Source of the DNA: Deltaproteobacteria bacterium
GTDB lineage: Bacteria > Myxococcota > Myxococcia > Myxococcales > 40CM-4-68-19
Direction: 5' to 3'
NCBI GenBank assembly: GCA_005879315.1
Contig: VBLC01000035.1
Span: 65,686-129,685 of the forward strand
Length of the DNA stretch: 64,000 bases
The number at the start of each line of letters is the position of its first letter. Positions within the stretch are counted from its first letter, which is position 1. The notes under the pieces are model-generated. The model was not told the DNA's origin. It did not search any database and worked only from the letters and a program-made list of their open reading frames with translations. Shown one piece after another: positions 36,647-45,199 of this stretch. Position numbers and translations under genes: made by a program.

Positions 36647-37324
36647 ATGTTCTACCTCGCGCCGCATCCCGATCTCGACCGGCCGCGACGCGGCAGTCCG
36701 GTGATGTTCACCATTCCCTGGGTGGACAAGTATTTCTCGCGCGTGCGGCCCTGGCACGTGATGATCATCTGGGGTCCCTTCGCCAGCTACATGCTCTACC
36801 TCGCCTCGGCCGAGCTGCGGCCGCTCTCGATCGCCCTCTGGGCGGCCTTCGGCGTCCTCTCCTGGACCCTGCTCGAGTACCTGCTGCACCGCTACGTCTT
36901 TCACTTCGCGCCCGCGGAAAAATCCCAGCTGCAGCGCGATGCCTCCTGGCTCATCCACGGGATCCATCACGATTATCCCTGGGACCGCGACCGCTTGGTG
37001 ATGCCGCCGACCGTCACGGCGATCATCGCGGTGTCGGTCTGGTTCGGCTTCCGCTTTCTCGGAAGCGCCGAGCACGCCTGGTTCGCCGGCCTCGTTCTCG
37101 GCTACGTCTGGTACGACCTGACCCATTACTACCTGCACCACGCGGCGCCGGTGACGGCGCTCGGGAAGTGGCTGCGCCGCTATCACCTGGTGCATCACTT
37201 CCAGACGCCCGACGTCCGCTACGGCATCACCAGCCCGCTCTGGGATTTCGTCTTCCGCACCTATCCTCGGGACAAGTACCAGGGACTGCCCGACGACGAG
37301 GCGCGCATCGAGGCCGGGGCCTGA
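36647..37324 (+). CDS. fatty acid hydroxylase superfamily protein (membrane di-iron)
   Basis: 225 aa. Histidine boxes: HRYVFH, HGIHHDYP, HYYLHH, HLVHH. Confidence 0.8.
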   Translation: MFYLAPHPDLDRPRRGSPVMFTIPWVDKYFSRVRPWHVMIIWGPFASYMLYLASAELRPLSIALWAAFGVLSWTLLEYLLHRYVFHFAPAEKSQLQRDASWLIHGIHHDYPWDRDRLVMPPTVTAIIAVSVWFGFRFLGSAEHAWFAGLVLGYVWYDLTHYYLHHAAPVTALGKWLRRYHLVHHFQTPDVRYGITSPLWDFVFRTYPRDKYQGLPDDEARIEAGA

Positions 37325-37362
37325 AGCTCGGCCTGCTCCTCTGCGCTGCCTGCGCGCCGGTG

Positions 37363-38277
37363 ATGCATGAAGCGCGGATCTCGCGCGAGGAGCCCCAAAG
37401 CGAGCGCGAGATAGAGGCGGCCGGCCGGGTCGCGAACCGCAAGTGCGACTTGCGTTACGGGCTGTTGTTCCCCGGCGTGGGCCAGCTCTGTCTCGGCCGG
37501 AGCGCCGAGGGTTCTTTCCTCGCCGCGCTGGGGGCGGCCGAGCTCGGCACGGCCATCGCGTCGGGCGCGAAGAACGGCTTCGCGCAGCCGGGCGCGAAGG
37601 TGCCGCTGCTGGCTCTCGGCGATCTGCTCACCCTCTCGGTGATGGACACGGCGCTCGAGACGCAGCGGGCGGCGCGGCTGCGGTACGTGCCGCAGGAATC
37701 GCTCGCCGAGCTTTTTCGCGCCCCTTTCTCCGCGGAGGTGATGTCGCGGCCGGCCGTCTGGGGCGGAATCATCGGCGCGCTCGCCGCCGGCCTGTTGGTC
37801 TCGCGCATCGTCGGAGGACCGATCGACACGCAGAACTTCGGCAAGCGCCCGGTGCTGTTCGGCAGAGAGATGAACAGCGCGGTCGGATATCCGCTCGCGG
37901 CGGCGATCGGCGCGGGCGTGTTCGAGCACGTCGCCATCGCCGAAGAGACGGCCTTCCGCGGCCTGCTGCAGTCGGGATGGACGCGGAGGAGCGGCGAAGA
38001 GCGGGGATGGATCTACGGCTCGCTCGCTTTCGGGCTGGTGCACGCGAGCAACATCTTCTTCCTGCCGAGCGACCAGCGGCTGACGTATCTCGCGGTCGGG
38101 GTGCCGTTCATCACGCTGCTCGGGAGCTATCTGGGGCTCGCCTATCGCTGGAGCGACTTCAGCCTCGCCCCGCCGGTCGCCATCCATTTCTGGTACGACT
38201 TTCTCATCGAGGCAGCGGGGTTCGTCGCCAACCCCAAGGACTCGCCGCTCGCCGTGACTTGGGCGGTTCCTTTCTAA
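37363..38277 (+). CDS. CPBP-family intramembrane glutamic endopeptidase (CAAX protease/Abi type)
   Basis: Motifs: EETAFRG, FGLVH, HFWYD. The start is uncertain: ATG 37363, GTG 37360, or CTG 37321 overlapping the upstream TGA. Confidence 0.7.
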   Translation: MHEARISREEPQSEREIEAAGRVANRKCDLRYGLLFPGVGQLCLGRSAEGSFLAALGAAELGTAIASGAKNGFAQPGAKVPLLALGDLLTLSVMDTALETQRAARLRYVPQESLAELFRAPFSAEVMSRPAVWGGIIGALAAGLLVSRIVGGPIDTQNFGKRPVLFGREMNSAVGYPLAAAIGAGVFEHVAIAEETAFRGLLQSGWTRRSGEERGWIYGSLAFGLVHASNIFFLPSDQRLTYLAVGVPFITLLGSYLGLAYRWSDFSLAPPVAIHFWYDFLIEAAGFVANPKDSPLAVTWAVPF

Positions 38278-38297
38278 AAAGCCTAGAGTGCAGCTCG

Positions 38298-39530
38298 GTG
38301 CACATCCGCGATCCCATCCACGGCGCCATCGAGCTCACCGCCGACGAGCGCGCGCTGGTGGACAGCCCGCAGTACCAGCGGCTGCGCAACGTCAAGCAGC
38401 TGGGCTTCGCCGACCTCGCCTTTCCCGGCGCGACGCACACCCGCTATGCGCACGGACTCGGCGCGATGGCGGTCGCCACCAAGGTCTTCGACGCGCTCGC
38501 TCCCAAGCTCGCCCTCGAGCCCGACGACCGCGAGCGCTTCCGCCAGACGCTGCGGCTCGCGGTGCTCTTCCACGACCTGGGCCACGCGCCGCTCTCGCAC
38601 GCCACCGAGAGCATCATGCCGCCCGTCGAGCTCTTGCGCGTGCCCGACTGGGTCTATCCCGAGCCGCCGCGCGCCCGCCGCGCCGACCACGAGGACTACA
38701 CCCTGAAGCTGGTCCTCGACTCGGGCCTCGCCACCGAGATCCGCCGGCGCACGAGCGGCATCGAGCCGGAGCACGTGGCGGCGCTCATCTGCGGCCGCGC
38801 CCCGCCCGGGCCCGATCCATTTCGCAGCCGCGGCCGCGATCTGTTGCCCATCCTCCGCCAGGTCGTCTCCGGCGAGCTGGACGCCGACCGGATGGACTAC
38901 CTCGAGCGCGACTCCTTCTTCACCGGCGTCAATTACGGCAAGTTCGACGGCGACTGGATCATCCAGAACCTCACCGCCATCGAGCGGGAGGGCAAGGTGC
39001 ACCTGGCGCTGCAGCATCGCGCCGTCTTCGCCTTCGAGGATTTCCTCCTCTCGCGCTATCACATGTTTCTCTCCGTCTACTTCCACTACGCCTCGGTGGG
39101 CTACGAGGTTCTCTTGCAACGCTACTGCGAGACCAACTCGGGCGAGTATGCGCTGCCGGCCGATCCCGATCAGTACCTCGCGCACGACGACATCACGCTG
39201 CTCGCCGCGCTGCGCCGCTCGGACAATCCCTGGGCGCGCCGGATCGTGCAGCGGCAGGGCTATCGGCTCCTGGCCGAGAACGCGCCCGAGCTGAAGTCGC
39301 TGCAGGCGAGGCTGCGCGAGGCGGGTATCGACGCCTTCGCCACCGAGAGCCGCGGCGTCCTCTCCCGCTACGGAAAGGAAGCGACGCTCTGGGTGAAGAC
39401 GCCGCAGGGCGAAGTGCCCATCGGCGAGTACACGCCTCTCTACCAGCGCTACTCCGAGGCGGTGACGCTTGCGCGTCTCTACGTAGAGCCCGAGCGCGAG
39501 GACGAGGCGCGCCGCATCCTCGGCCTCTGA
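38298..39530 (+). CDS. HD-domain protein, SAMHD1/EF1143-like dNTP triphosphohydrolase family
   Basis: GTG 38298. Motifs: DPIHGAIEL, FQRLRNVKQLG-type QYQRLRNVKQLG, THTRYAHGLG, LFHDLGHAPLSH, DADRMDYLERD. Confidence 0.8.
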   Translation: MHIRDPIHGAIELTADERALVDSPQYQRLRNVKQLGFADLAFPGATHTRYAHGLGAMAVATKVFDALAPKLALEPDDRERFRQTLRLAVLFHDLGHAPLSHATESIMPPVELLRVPDWVYPEPPRARRADHEDYTLKLVLDSGLATEIRRRTSGIEPEHVAALICGRAPPGPDPFRSRGRDLLPILRQVVSGELDADRMDYLERDSFFTGVNYGKFDGDWIIQNLTAIEREGKVHLALQHRAVFAFEDFLLSRYHMFLSVYFHYASVGYEVLLQRYCETNSGEYALPADPDQYLAHDDITLLAALRRSDNPWARRIVQRQGYRLLAENAPELKSLQARLREAGIDAFATESRGVLSRYGKEATLWVKTPQGEVPIGEYTPLYQRYSEAVTLARLYVEPEREDEARRILGL

Positions 39531-39606
39531 AGTGCGTCCAGAGAGGGTGGGGTAGGGTCTATGGCTCTGCCATTTTGTTGCGCGCGGGTGCTATCATCGA
39601 GCCTCC

Positions 39607-41103
39607 GTGAACAAGCAGCAGCAGCGCCTGGAGAGGCTCGGTGGAATTCTCGAGGTCGCCAAAGCGCTGGTGGCCGAGCGCGATCTCGACCGTCTGCTCA
39701 CCCTCATCGTAGACGCCGCCGCGCGCATCGTCGACGCCGACCGCTGCTCGCTCTTTCTCGTCGACCGCGAGCGCAAGGAGCTGTGGACCAAGGTTGCCCA
39801 GGGCATCTCCATGAAGGAGATCCGCATCCCGATGGATCGCGGCATCGCCGGGGCGGTGGCGACCAGCAACACGCCGGTGAACATCCCCGAGGCCTACGCC
39901 GATCCGCGCTTCAACCAGAACGTCGACAAGCAGACCGGCTACCGCACCAAGAGCATCCTCTGCGTGCCGATGCGCTCGCTGGAGAACGAGGTCGTCGGCG
40001 TCCTGCAGGCGCTCAACCGGCGCGACGGCAAGCCCTTCAGCTCGGAGGATGAGGAGCTCCTCTTCGCGCTCGGCGGGCAGGCGGCAGCGGCGGTCAACAA
40101 CGCCATGCTGCACAACGAGATCGAGCAGCTCTTCGAGGGCTTCGTGCGCGCCAGCGTGGTCGCGATCGAGTCGCGCGACCCGACCACGGCCGGCCATTCG
40201 GGCCGCGTGGCGCGCCTCTCGGTCGGGCTCGGCGACATGCTTCCGCTGGCGGGCAACGCCGCCGGCCGCTGGAAGGGGTCTTCGATCTCCTCGCAGGAGC
40301 GGCAGGAGCTGCGCTACGCGGCTCTCCTGCACGACTTCGGCAAGGTCGGCGTGCGCGAGAACGTGCTGATCAAGGCGAACAAGCTCGAACCCTGGGAGCT
40401 GGAGAACCTGCGCGGCCGCTTCGAGACCATCTTCGTGCAGGAGGAGCTATTGGCCGAGAAGCAGAAAGTGGACGTGCTCCTGCGCCATCCCGCCGACGAG
40501 GGCCGGCATCGAATGGGGGAGATCGAGACGCGCCTCGCCGAACGCAAGAAGGAGCTGACGAACATGTTTGAGTTCGTCATCTCTTGCAATCGGCCGACCA
40601 TCCTCCCCGAGGGAACTTTCGATCGGCTGGGCGAGATCGCGCGCGCGACGTACGTGTCGCCCTTCGCCGGGGAGAAGCGGCCCTTCCTCGCGCAGAACGA
40701 GATCATCAAGCTCTCGGTGCGCAAGGGATCGCTCACCGAGGAGGAGCGGCGCGAGATCGAGTCGCACGTGACGCACACCTATCGCTTCCTCGCCCAGATC
40801 CCCTGGACGAGGACCCTCAAGCGCGTCCCCGACATCGCGTACGGGCACCACGAGAAGCTCACCGGCACGGGATATCCCCGCAGCCTGAAGGAAACCGAGA
40901 TCGCGCTGCCCACGCGGATGATGACCATCAGCGACATCTTCGATGCGCTGACTGCGTCCGACCGCCCCTACAAGCGCGCGGTGCCGAAGGAGAAGGCGTA
41001 CGACATCCTTCTCGACGAGGCCAAGCGGGGCGAGGTGGACCGCGATCTGCTCAACGTCTTCATCGAGGCCGACGTGCCGGGGAAGGCGCCGCAGGAACCG
41101 TGA
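39607..41103 (+). CDS. GAF - HD-GYP domain protein (c-di-GMP phosphodiesterase candidate) with a long insertion in the HD-GYP domain
   Basis: 498 aa. N-terminal GAF domain (CSLFLVD...LCVPM). HD-GYP motifs: LLHDFGKVGV and GHHEKLTGTGYP. Confidence 0.85.
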   Translation: MNKQQQRLERLGGILEVAKALVAERDLDRLLTLIVDAAARIVDADRCSLFLVDRERKELWTKVAQGISMKEIRIPMDRGIAGAVATSNTPVNIPEAYADPRFNQNVDKQTGYRTKSILCVPMRSLENEVVGVLQALNRRDGKPFSSEDEELLFALGGQAAAAVNNAMLHNEIEQLFEGFVRASVVAIESRDPTTAGHSGRVARLSVGLGDMLPLAGNAAGRWKGSSISSQERQELRYAALLHDFGKVGVRENVLIKANKLEPWELENLRGRFETIFVQEELLAEKQKVDVLLRHPADEGRHRMGEIETRLAERKKELTNMFEFVISCNRPTILPEGTFDRLGEIARATYVSPFAGEKRPFLAQNEIIKLSVRKGSLTEEERREIESHVTHTYRFLAQIPWTRTLKRVPDIAYGHHEKLTGTGYPRSLKETEIALPTRMMTISDIFDALTASDRPYKRAVPKEKAYDILLDEAKRGEVDRDLLNVFIEADVPGKAPQEP

Positions 41104-41106
41104 GGT

Positions 41107-41535
41107 CTAGGCAGGCTCCGGCTCTTGCGGTTGCCTCGCGAGCCTGATTGCGAGCCAGGCGGTCGGCAGGGAAAGAATCGCGGCCACGATGCACCAGAAG
41201 CAGTAGGCGCCGAAGCTCGCCATCTCGATCAAGCCGACCAGATTGAGCAGCACCCAGAGCAGCGAGCCGACCGCGAGCGCGGCGGCGCCGGCCTTGCCGC
41301 GCAGATCGGCCAGCGCGCAGAGCACGCCGGCGCAGGCCGCGCCGAGAAGGCCATCGGCCATGCCCAACGGCCAGGCGAAGGAGGCGAGCGCCACCGACTC
41401 ACAGCCGCTGCCGAACAGAGGGCAGGCCAGCCGATCGAGCTTGTGGATCTGGAAGAAGCCCACGTAGAGCATCGCCAGCGCCGATGCGGCGGCGCAGGCG
41501 ACGAGCGCGATCCGCTCGCGGCTCCAGAATGTCAC
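41107..41535 (-). CDS. vitamin K epoxide reductase (VKOR) family membrane protein
   Basis: 142 aa. GTG 41535 overlaps the M28 stop (GTGA). Four hydrophobic helices, loop Cys pair CPLFGSGC followed by SFAWPLG, and an active-site-like CFWC in the last helix. Confidence 0.65.
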   Translation of the reverse strand: MTFWSRERIALVACAAASALAMLYVGFFQIHKLDRLACPLFGSGCESVALASFAWPLGMADGLLGAACAGVLCALADLRGKAGAAALAVGSLLWVLLNLVGLIEMASFGAYCFWCIVAAILSLPTAWLAIRLARQPQEPEPA

Positions 41536-43130
41536 CGCGCCGCCGACTTTCGCGCGGCCTCGAATTCGTCGCCCGGCGTCCAGCGGGGCATCGAGGGCGC
41601 ATCGGCGATGCGCAGTCCGACCGTCAGCTCCAGCTGTGCGTCCTGCACCATGCCGGAGAGGTCCCAGTCGCCGCGATACTCGTCGCTCGGCTGGTGGTAG
41701 TCGTGCATCTCGTAGGCCCGCAGCTGCGCCTCGCCCCAGCCGGGCGGACGGCCGGCGAAAGTCGGCCCGCCCTTGGCGTAGAGCACGGGCACGCCGACGC
41801 GGGCGAAGGGGAATTGATCGGAGCGATAGAAGGCGCCGCGGTCGGGGAAGGGGTCGCCGTGCACCGCCCGGCCCTGCTCGGCGGCGGCGCGCTTGACGAG
41901 GTCGTCGATCGACGACTTGCCCAGCCCGATGACGCCCAGGTCGGTGGTCTTGCCCCATTTGTTGGGGCTGTCGACGTTGATGTCGGCGGCGATGCGGGCT
42001 GCCGGTAGCGGCGGATGCTGCGCCAGCCATTTCGAACCGAGCAGTCCCTGCTCCTCGGCGGTGACGAAGGCGAAGTAGAGCGACCGCTTCGGCTGCGCAA
42101 AAGTGGCCGCCCGCGCGATGGTGAGGATCACTGCGCATCCCGAGGCGTTGTCGAGCGCGCCGTTGTAGATGCCGTCGGTCGCGGGCGGTACCGGAGGCAC
42201 CATCCCGAGATGGTCGTGGTGGGCGGTGAAGAAGACCGCCTCGTCGCGCAGCCGCTGGTCGCTGCCGGGCAGCACGCCGATCACGTTCGCGCTCTGGATC
42301 GTGCGCATGCGGATCGGCATCTCCAGCGACATCGTCGATCCCAGCGCGAGGGGGCGGAAGTCCTTGCTCTGGGCAGACGCCCGCAACTTCTCCAGATCCT
42401 GGCCCGACAGCTGCGCGAGTCGCGCTGCAGCGCCCTCCGAGATCCACGACTGGAACTGCAGGAACTTGTCGTCCGGGGCGGGGGGCAGATCCTGATGCGG
42501 CGTGCTCCACGAGGACACGACGACCTGCCAGGGGTATCCCGCGCTCGCGGTCGTGTGAATCAAGATCGCTCCGGCCGCCCCGTGCGCCGCCGCGGTCAGA
42601 TACTTGTAGTCCCAGCGCCCGTACCAGAGGCGCACGTTCTCGCCCCGGAAGGGCGGGTTGAAATTGAGCAACACGACGACCTTGCCGCGGACGTCGGCGT
42701 CCTTGTAGTCGTCCCATCCGTATTCGGGCGCGACGATCCCGTAGCCGGCGAACACGAGCGGCGCGTCCTGGACGCGCGCATGGTCGATGTGAGCGGACGC
42801 TTCGAAGACCATGTCCGCCTCGAGACCGTTGCCGGCGTGGAGCACGAGCGACTTGTCGCCGGCGCGGAAGGGGATGTCGCCCGGCACCTGGGCGGCAAGC
42901 TCGACGAGCGGCACGGCCTGGTAATAAGTGCCGTTGTCGCCGGCGGGCCGCAGGCCCATCTCCTCCAGCTCGGCGGCGAGGTACTTGATGGCGATTTCCG
43001 AGCCGGGAGTCCCCGGCTTTCTCCCTTGCGTGAGGTCGTCGGAGAGAAAGCGGATGTGCGCCGACAGTTCGGCGGCAGTCACCCGCGACGTCGGCGCGGG
43101 GGCGGCGAGAAGGAGCGCGAGGAGGATCAT
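41532..43130 (-). CDS. M28-family aminopeptidase with PA domain, secreted
   Basis: 532 aa. Signal MILLALLLAAPAP. Motifs: FTAHHDHLG, FVTAEEQGLLGS, DYHQPSD. Confidence 0.8.
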   Translation of the reverse strand: MILLALLLAAPAPTSRVTAAELSAHIRFLSDDLTQGRKPGTPGSEIAIKYLAAELEEMGLRPAGDNGTYYQAVPLVELAAQVPGDIPFRAGDKSLVLHAGNGLEADMVFEASAHIDHARVQDAPLVFAGYGIVAPEYGWDDYKDADVRGKVVVLLNFNPPFRGENVRLWYGRWDYKYLTAAAHGAAGAILIHTTASAGYPWQVVVSSWSTPHQDLPPAPDDKFLQFQSWISEGAAARLAQLSGQDLEKLRASAQSKDFRPLALGSTMSLEMPIRMRTIQSANVIGVLPGSDQRLRDEAVFFTAHHDHLGMVPPVPPATDGIYNGALDNASGCAVILTIARAATFAQPKRSLYFAFVTAEEQGLLGSKWLAQHPPLPAARIAADINVDSPNKWGKTTDLGVIGLGKSSIDDLVKRAAAEQGRAVHGDPFPDRGAFYRSDQFPFARVGVPVLYAKGGPTFAGRPPGWGEAQLRAYEMHDYHQPSDEYRGDWDLSGMVQDAQLELTVGLRIADAPSMPRWTPGDEFEAARKSAAR

Positions 43131-43142
43131 GGGCCCAGCCTT

Positions 43143-43964
43143 TTATCCCGGCTCGGGTCCCGTTGCGATGGGTCGCGACGGGTCGCTGCACCAGTCGCTC
43201 CACGACCCGACATAGAGCCGCGCCGGCGGCAAGCCTGCAATCTCGCGGGCGAGAACATCGTGGCAGGCGGTGACACCGCTGCCGCAGGAGCAGATGACGT
43301 CGTCTCCGTACCTTTTGTACAAATTGTACAAATCGCCGGGCGCGCGGAAACGACCGTCGGTCTCGAGGTTCTTCTGATAGGGAGCGTTGAGCGCTCCCGG
43401 GATGTGCCCGGCGCGGGGATCGAGCGGCTCGGTCTCGCCCCGGTAGCGCTCCGGCGCGCGCGCGTCGAGCAGCACCGACTTCCCGCGCTTCTCCACCTGG
43501 GCTCGGTCGGCCAGCCGCGACTTGTCGAGCCGCAGCTGCCGGAGCGGGGCGGGCTCGACGCGCGGCACCTCCTGCGTCACCGGCAGGCCCGCCTCGAGCC
43601 AGGCCTTGAAGCCTCCGTCGAGCACCGACGCCCTGCCGTGTCCGTGGACGCGCAGCATGAACCAGAGCCGCGCCGCGATCGCCCCACCCGCATCGTCGTA
43701 AACCACTACGTGCGTGTCAGGGAAAACCCCGAGGCGCGAGAGCGTGCCGGCGAACTCCTTCTCACTGGGAAAGGGATGGCGCCCCGGGCCGCCGCGGCGG
43801 GAGAGGTCCTCGTCCAGATCGACGAAGACCGCGCCGGGAATGTGCGACTTCGCGTAGCTGGCCCGGCCGCTCCCGCCCGTCGCCGACCAGCGGGAGTCGA
43901 CGATGCGCACTCCGGGGTGCGCCGAAAGCCAGCGGACATCGACCGTCGCGGCCGTATCCGACAT
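43143..43964 (-). CDS. sseA: thiosulfate/3-mercaptopyruvate sulfurtransferase (tandem rhodanese)
   Basis: ATG 43964 (MSDTAATVDVRWL...). Motifs: GHIPGAV, GHIPGALN, and the active-site loop CGSGVTAC. Confidence 0.85.
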   Translation of the reverse strand: MSDTAATVDVRWLSAHPGVRIVDSRWSATGGSGRASYAKSHIPGAVFVDLDEDLSRRGGPGRHPFPSEKEFAGTLSRLGVFPDTHVVVYDDAGGAIAARLWFMLRVHGHGRASVLDGGFKAWLEAGLPVTQEVPRVEPAPLRQLRLDKSRLADRAQVEKRGKSVLLDARAPERYRGETEPLDPRAGHIPGALNAPYQKNLETDGRFRAPGDLYNLYKRYGDDVICSCGSGVTACHDVLAREIAGLPPARLYVGSWSDWCSDPSRPIATGPEPG

Positions 43965-44017
43965 GGCTCTATTTTTCCCACATCCTTCACTCTTGCACCC
44001 CATGCTATCTTGCACTC

Positions 44018-45199
44018 ATGTCCGAGGTCGAACGTCTGCTCGTCGTGGATGACGAGGCTCCCATCCTCCACGCGCTGCAGCGGACCTTCGAGGCGGCCGG
44101 CTATCAAGTCACGGCCTGCGCCGATCCCGCCGAGGCCCTCGATCGGCTCCGGGAGAAGCCCTACCAGGTTCTCTCCGCCGATTACATGATGCCGGGCATG
44201 ACCGGCGCGGAGTTTCTCGCGCAGGCCAAGGCCCTGCAGCCCGAGACCATCCGGATTCTCGTCACTGCGGCCCACGATTTCTCCGCCGCGGTGGATGCGA
44301 TCAACAACGGCGAGATCTTCCGCATCCTCGCCAAGCCCTGGAACCGCGTCGAGCTGCTCGGAACCGTGCGCCAGGCGTTCGATACCTATGCGCTGCGGGA
44401 AAAGAACCGCCAGCTGACCGCCATCGTCCAGTCGCAGAATGCCGAGCTGGCCATGCTCAACAAAGGGCTGGAGCGGCTGGTGGAGGAGCGCACCACCAAT
44501 CTCCTCGACGGGATGGTGGCGGTGCTCGACTACCGCGACACCGAGACGCAGTGGCACTCGCGCCGCGTCTCGCGCTTCACCCGCCGCATCGCCGAGCAGC
44601 TGGGGGTCAAGGACCCGCTCGAGCTGCGGACCATCGAGATGGGCGCGCTCTTGCACGACATCGGCAAGATCGGCGTGCGCGACGCCGTGCTGCTCAAGCC
44701 CGGACCGCTCGACCAGGACGAATGGACCGAGATGCGCGAGCATCCGCGCCTCGGCTGGGCGCTCTTGCAACGCATCGAGTTCCTCCGCGACGCCAGCGTC
44801 ATCGTGCTGCAGCACCAGGAGCGATACGATGGCGGCGGCTACCCGGCGGGGCTCAAGGCCGAACAGATCGTGCTCGGCGCGCGCCTCTTCGCGGTGGCCG
44901 ACACCTACGACGCGATCACTTCCGACCGCCCCTACCGCAAGGCGCAGTCGCACGACCAGGCGATCACGGAGATGCAGCGCGTGGCCGGCACGCAGCTCGA
45001 TCCGAGGGGCGTCGCCGCCTTCTGCGGCTTGCCCGAGGCGGAATGGCAGGCCATCCGCCGTGACGTCGAGAAGATTTCGCTGCTCGAGCAGGAGTGGGGC
45101 TGGACGCCGCCGAAGCGCATCTTCGAGCAGATCCGCGAGATCGCCTCGCGGCAGAAGCAGCCCATCTCCGACCCGCCGCCTCACGTTTCAGGGAGCTAG
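44018..45199 (+). CDS. response regulator receiver - HD-GYP domain protein (RpfG-like)
   Basis: 393 aa. REC domain (LLVVDDE...SADYMMPGMTG...KPW). HD-GYP motifs: LLHDIGKIGV and HQERYDGGGYP. Confidence 0.9.
   Translation: MSEVERLLVVDDEAPILHALQRTFEAAGYQVTACADPAEALDRLREKPYQVLSADYMMPGMTGAEFLAQAKALQPETIRILVTAAHDFSAAVDAINNGEIFRILAKPWNRVELLGTVRQAFDTYALREKNRQLTAIVQSQNAELAMLNKGLERLVEERTTNLLDGMVAVLDYRDTETQWHSRRVSRFTRRIAEQLGVKDPLELRTIEMGALLHDIGKIGVRDAVLLKPGPLDQDEWTEMREHPRLGWALLQRIEFLRDASVIVLQHQERYDGGGYPAGLKAEQIVLGARLFAVADTYDAITSDRPYRKAQSHDQAITEMQRVAGTQLDPRGVAAFCGLPEAEWQAIRRDVEKISLLEQEWGWTPPKRIFEQIREIASRQKQPISDPPPHVSGS

Noticed and set aside
37363-39530. CPBP/Abi protease + SAMHD1-like HD dNTPase as a phage-defence pair
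   Set aside because: Both families are commonly housekeeping. No mobile-element, integrase or other defence-island hallmarks flank them, and composition matches the surroundings.
39541-39606. TATCAT-containing stretch as the promoter of the GAF-HD-GYP gene
   Set aside because: No acceptable -35 element occurs at 16-18 nt spacing. The -10-like hexamer sits too close to the GTG start to leave a normal leader.
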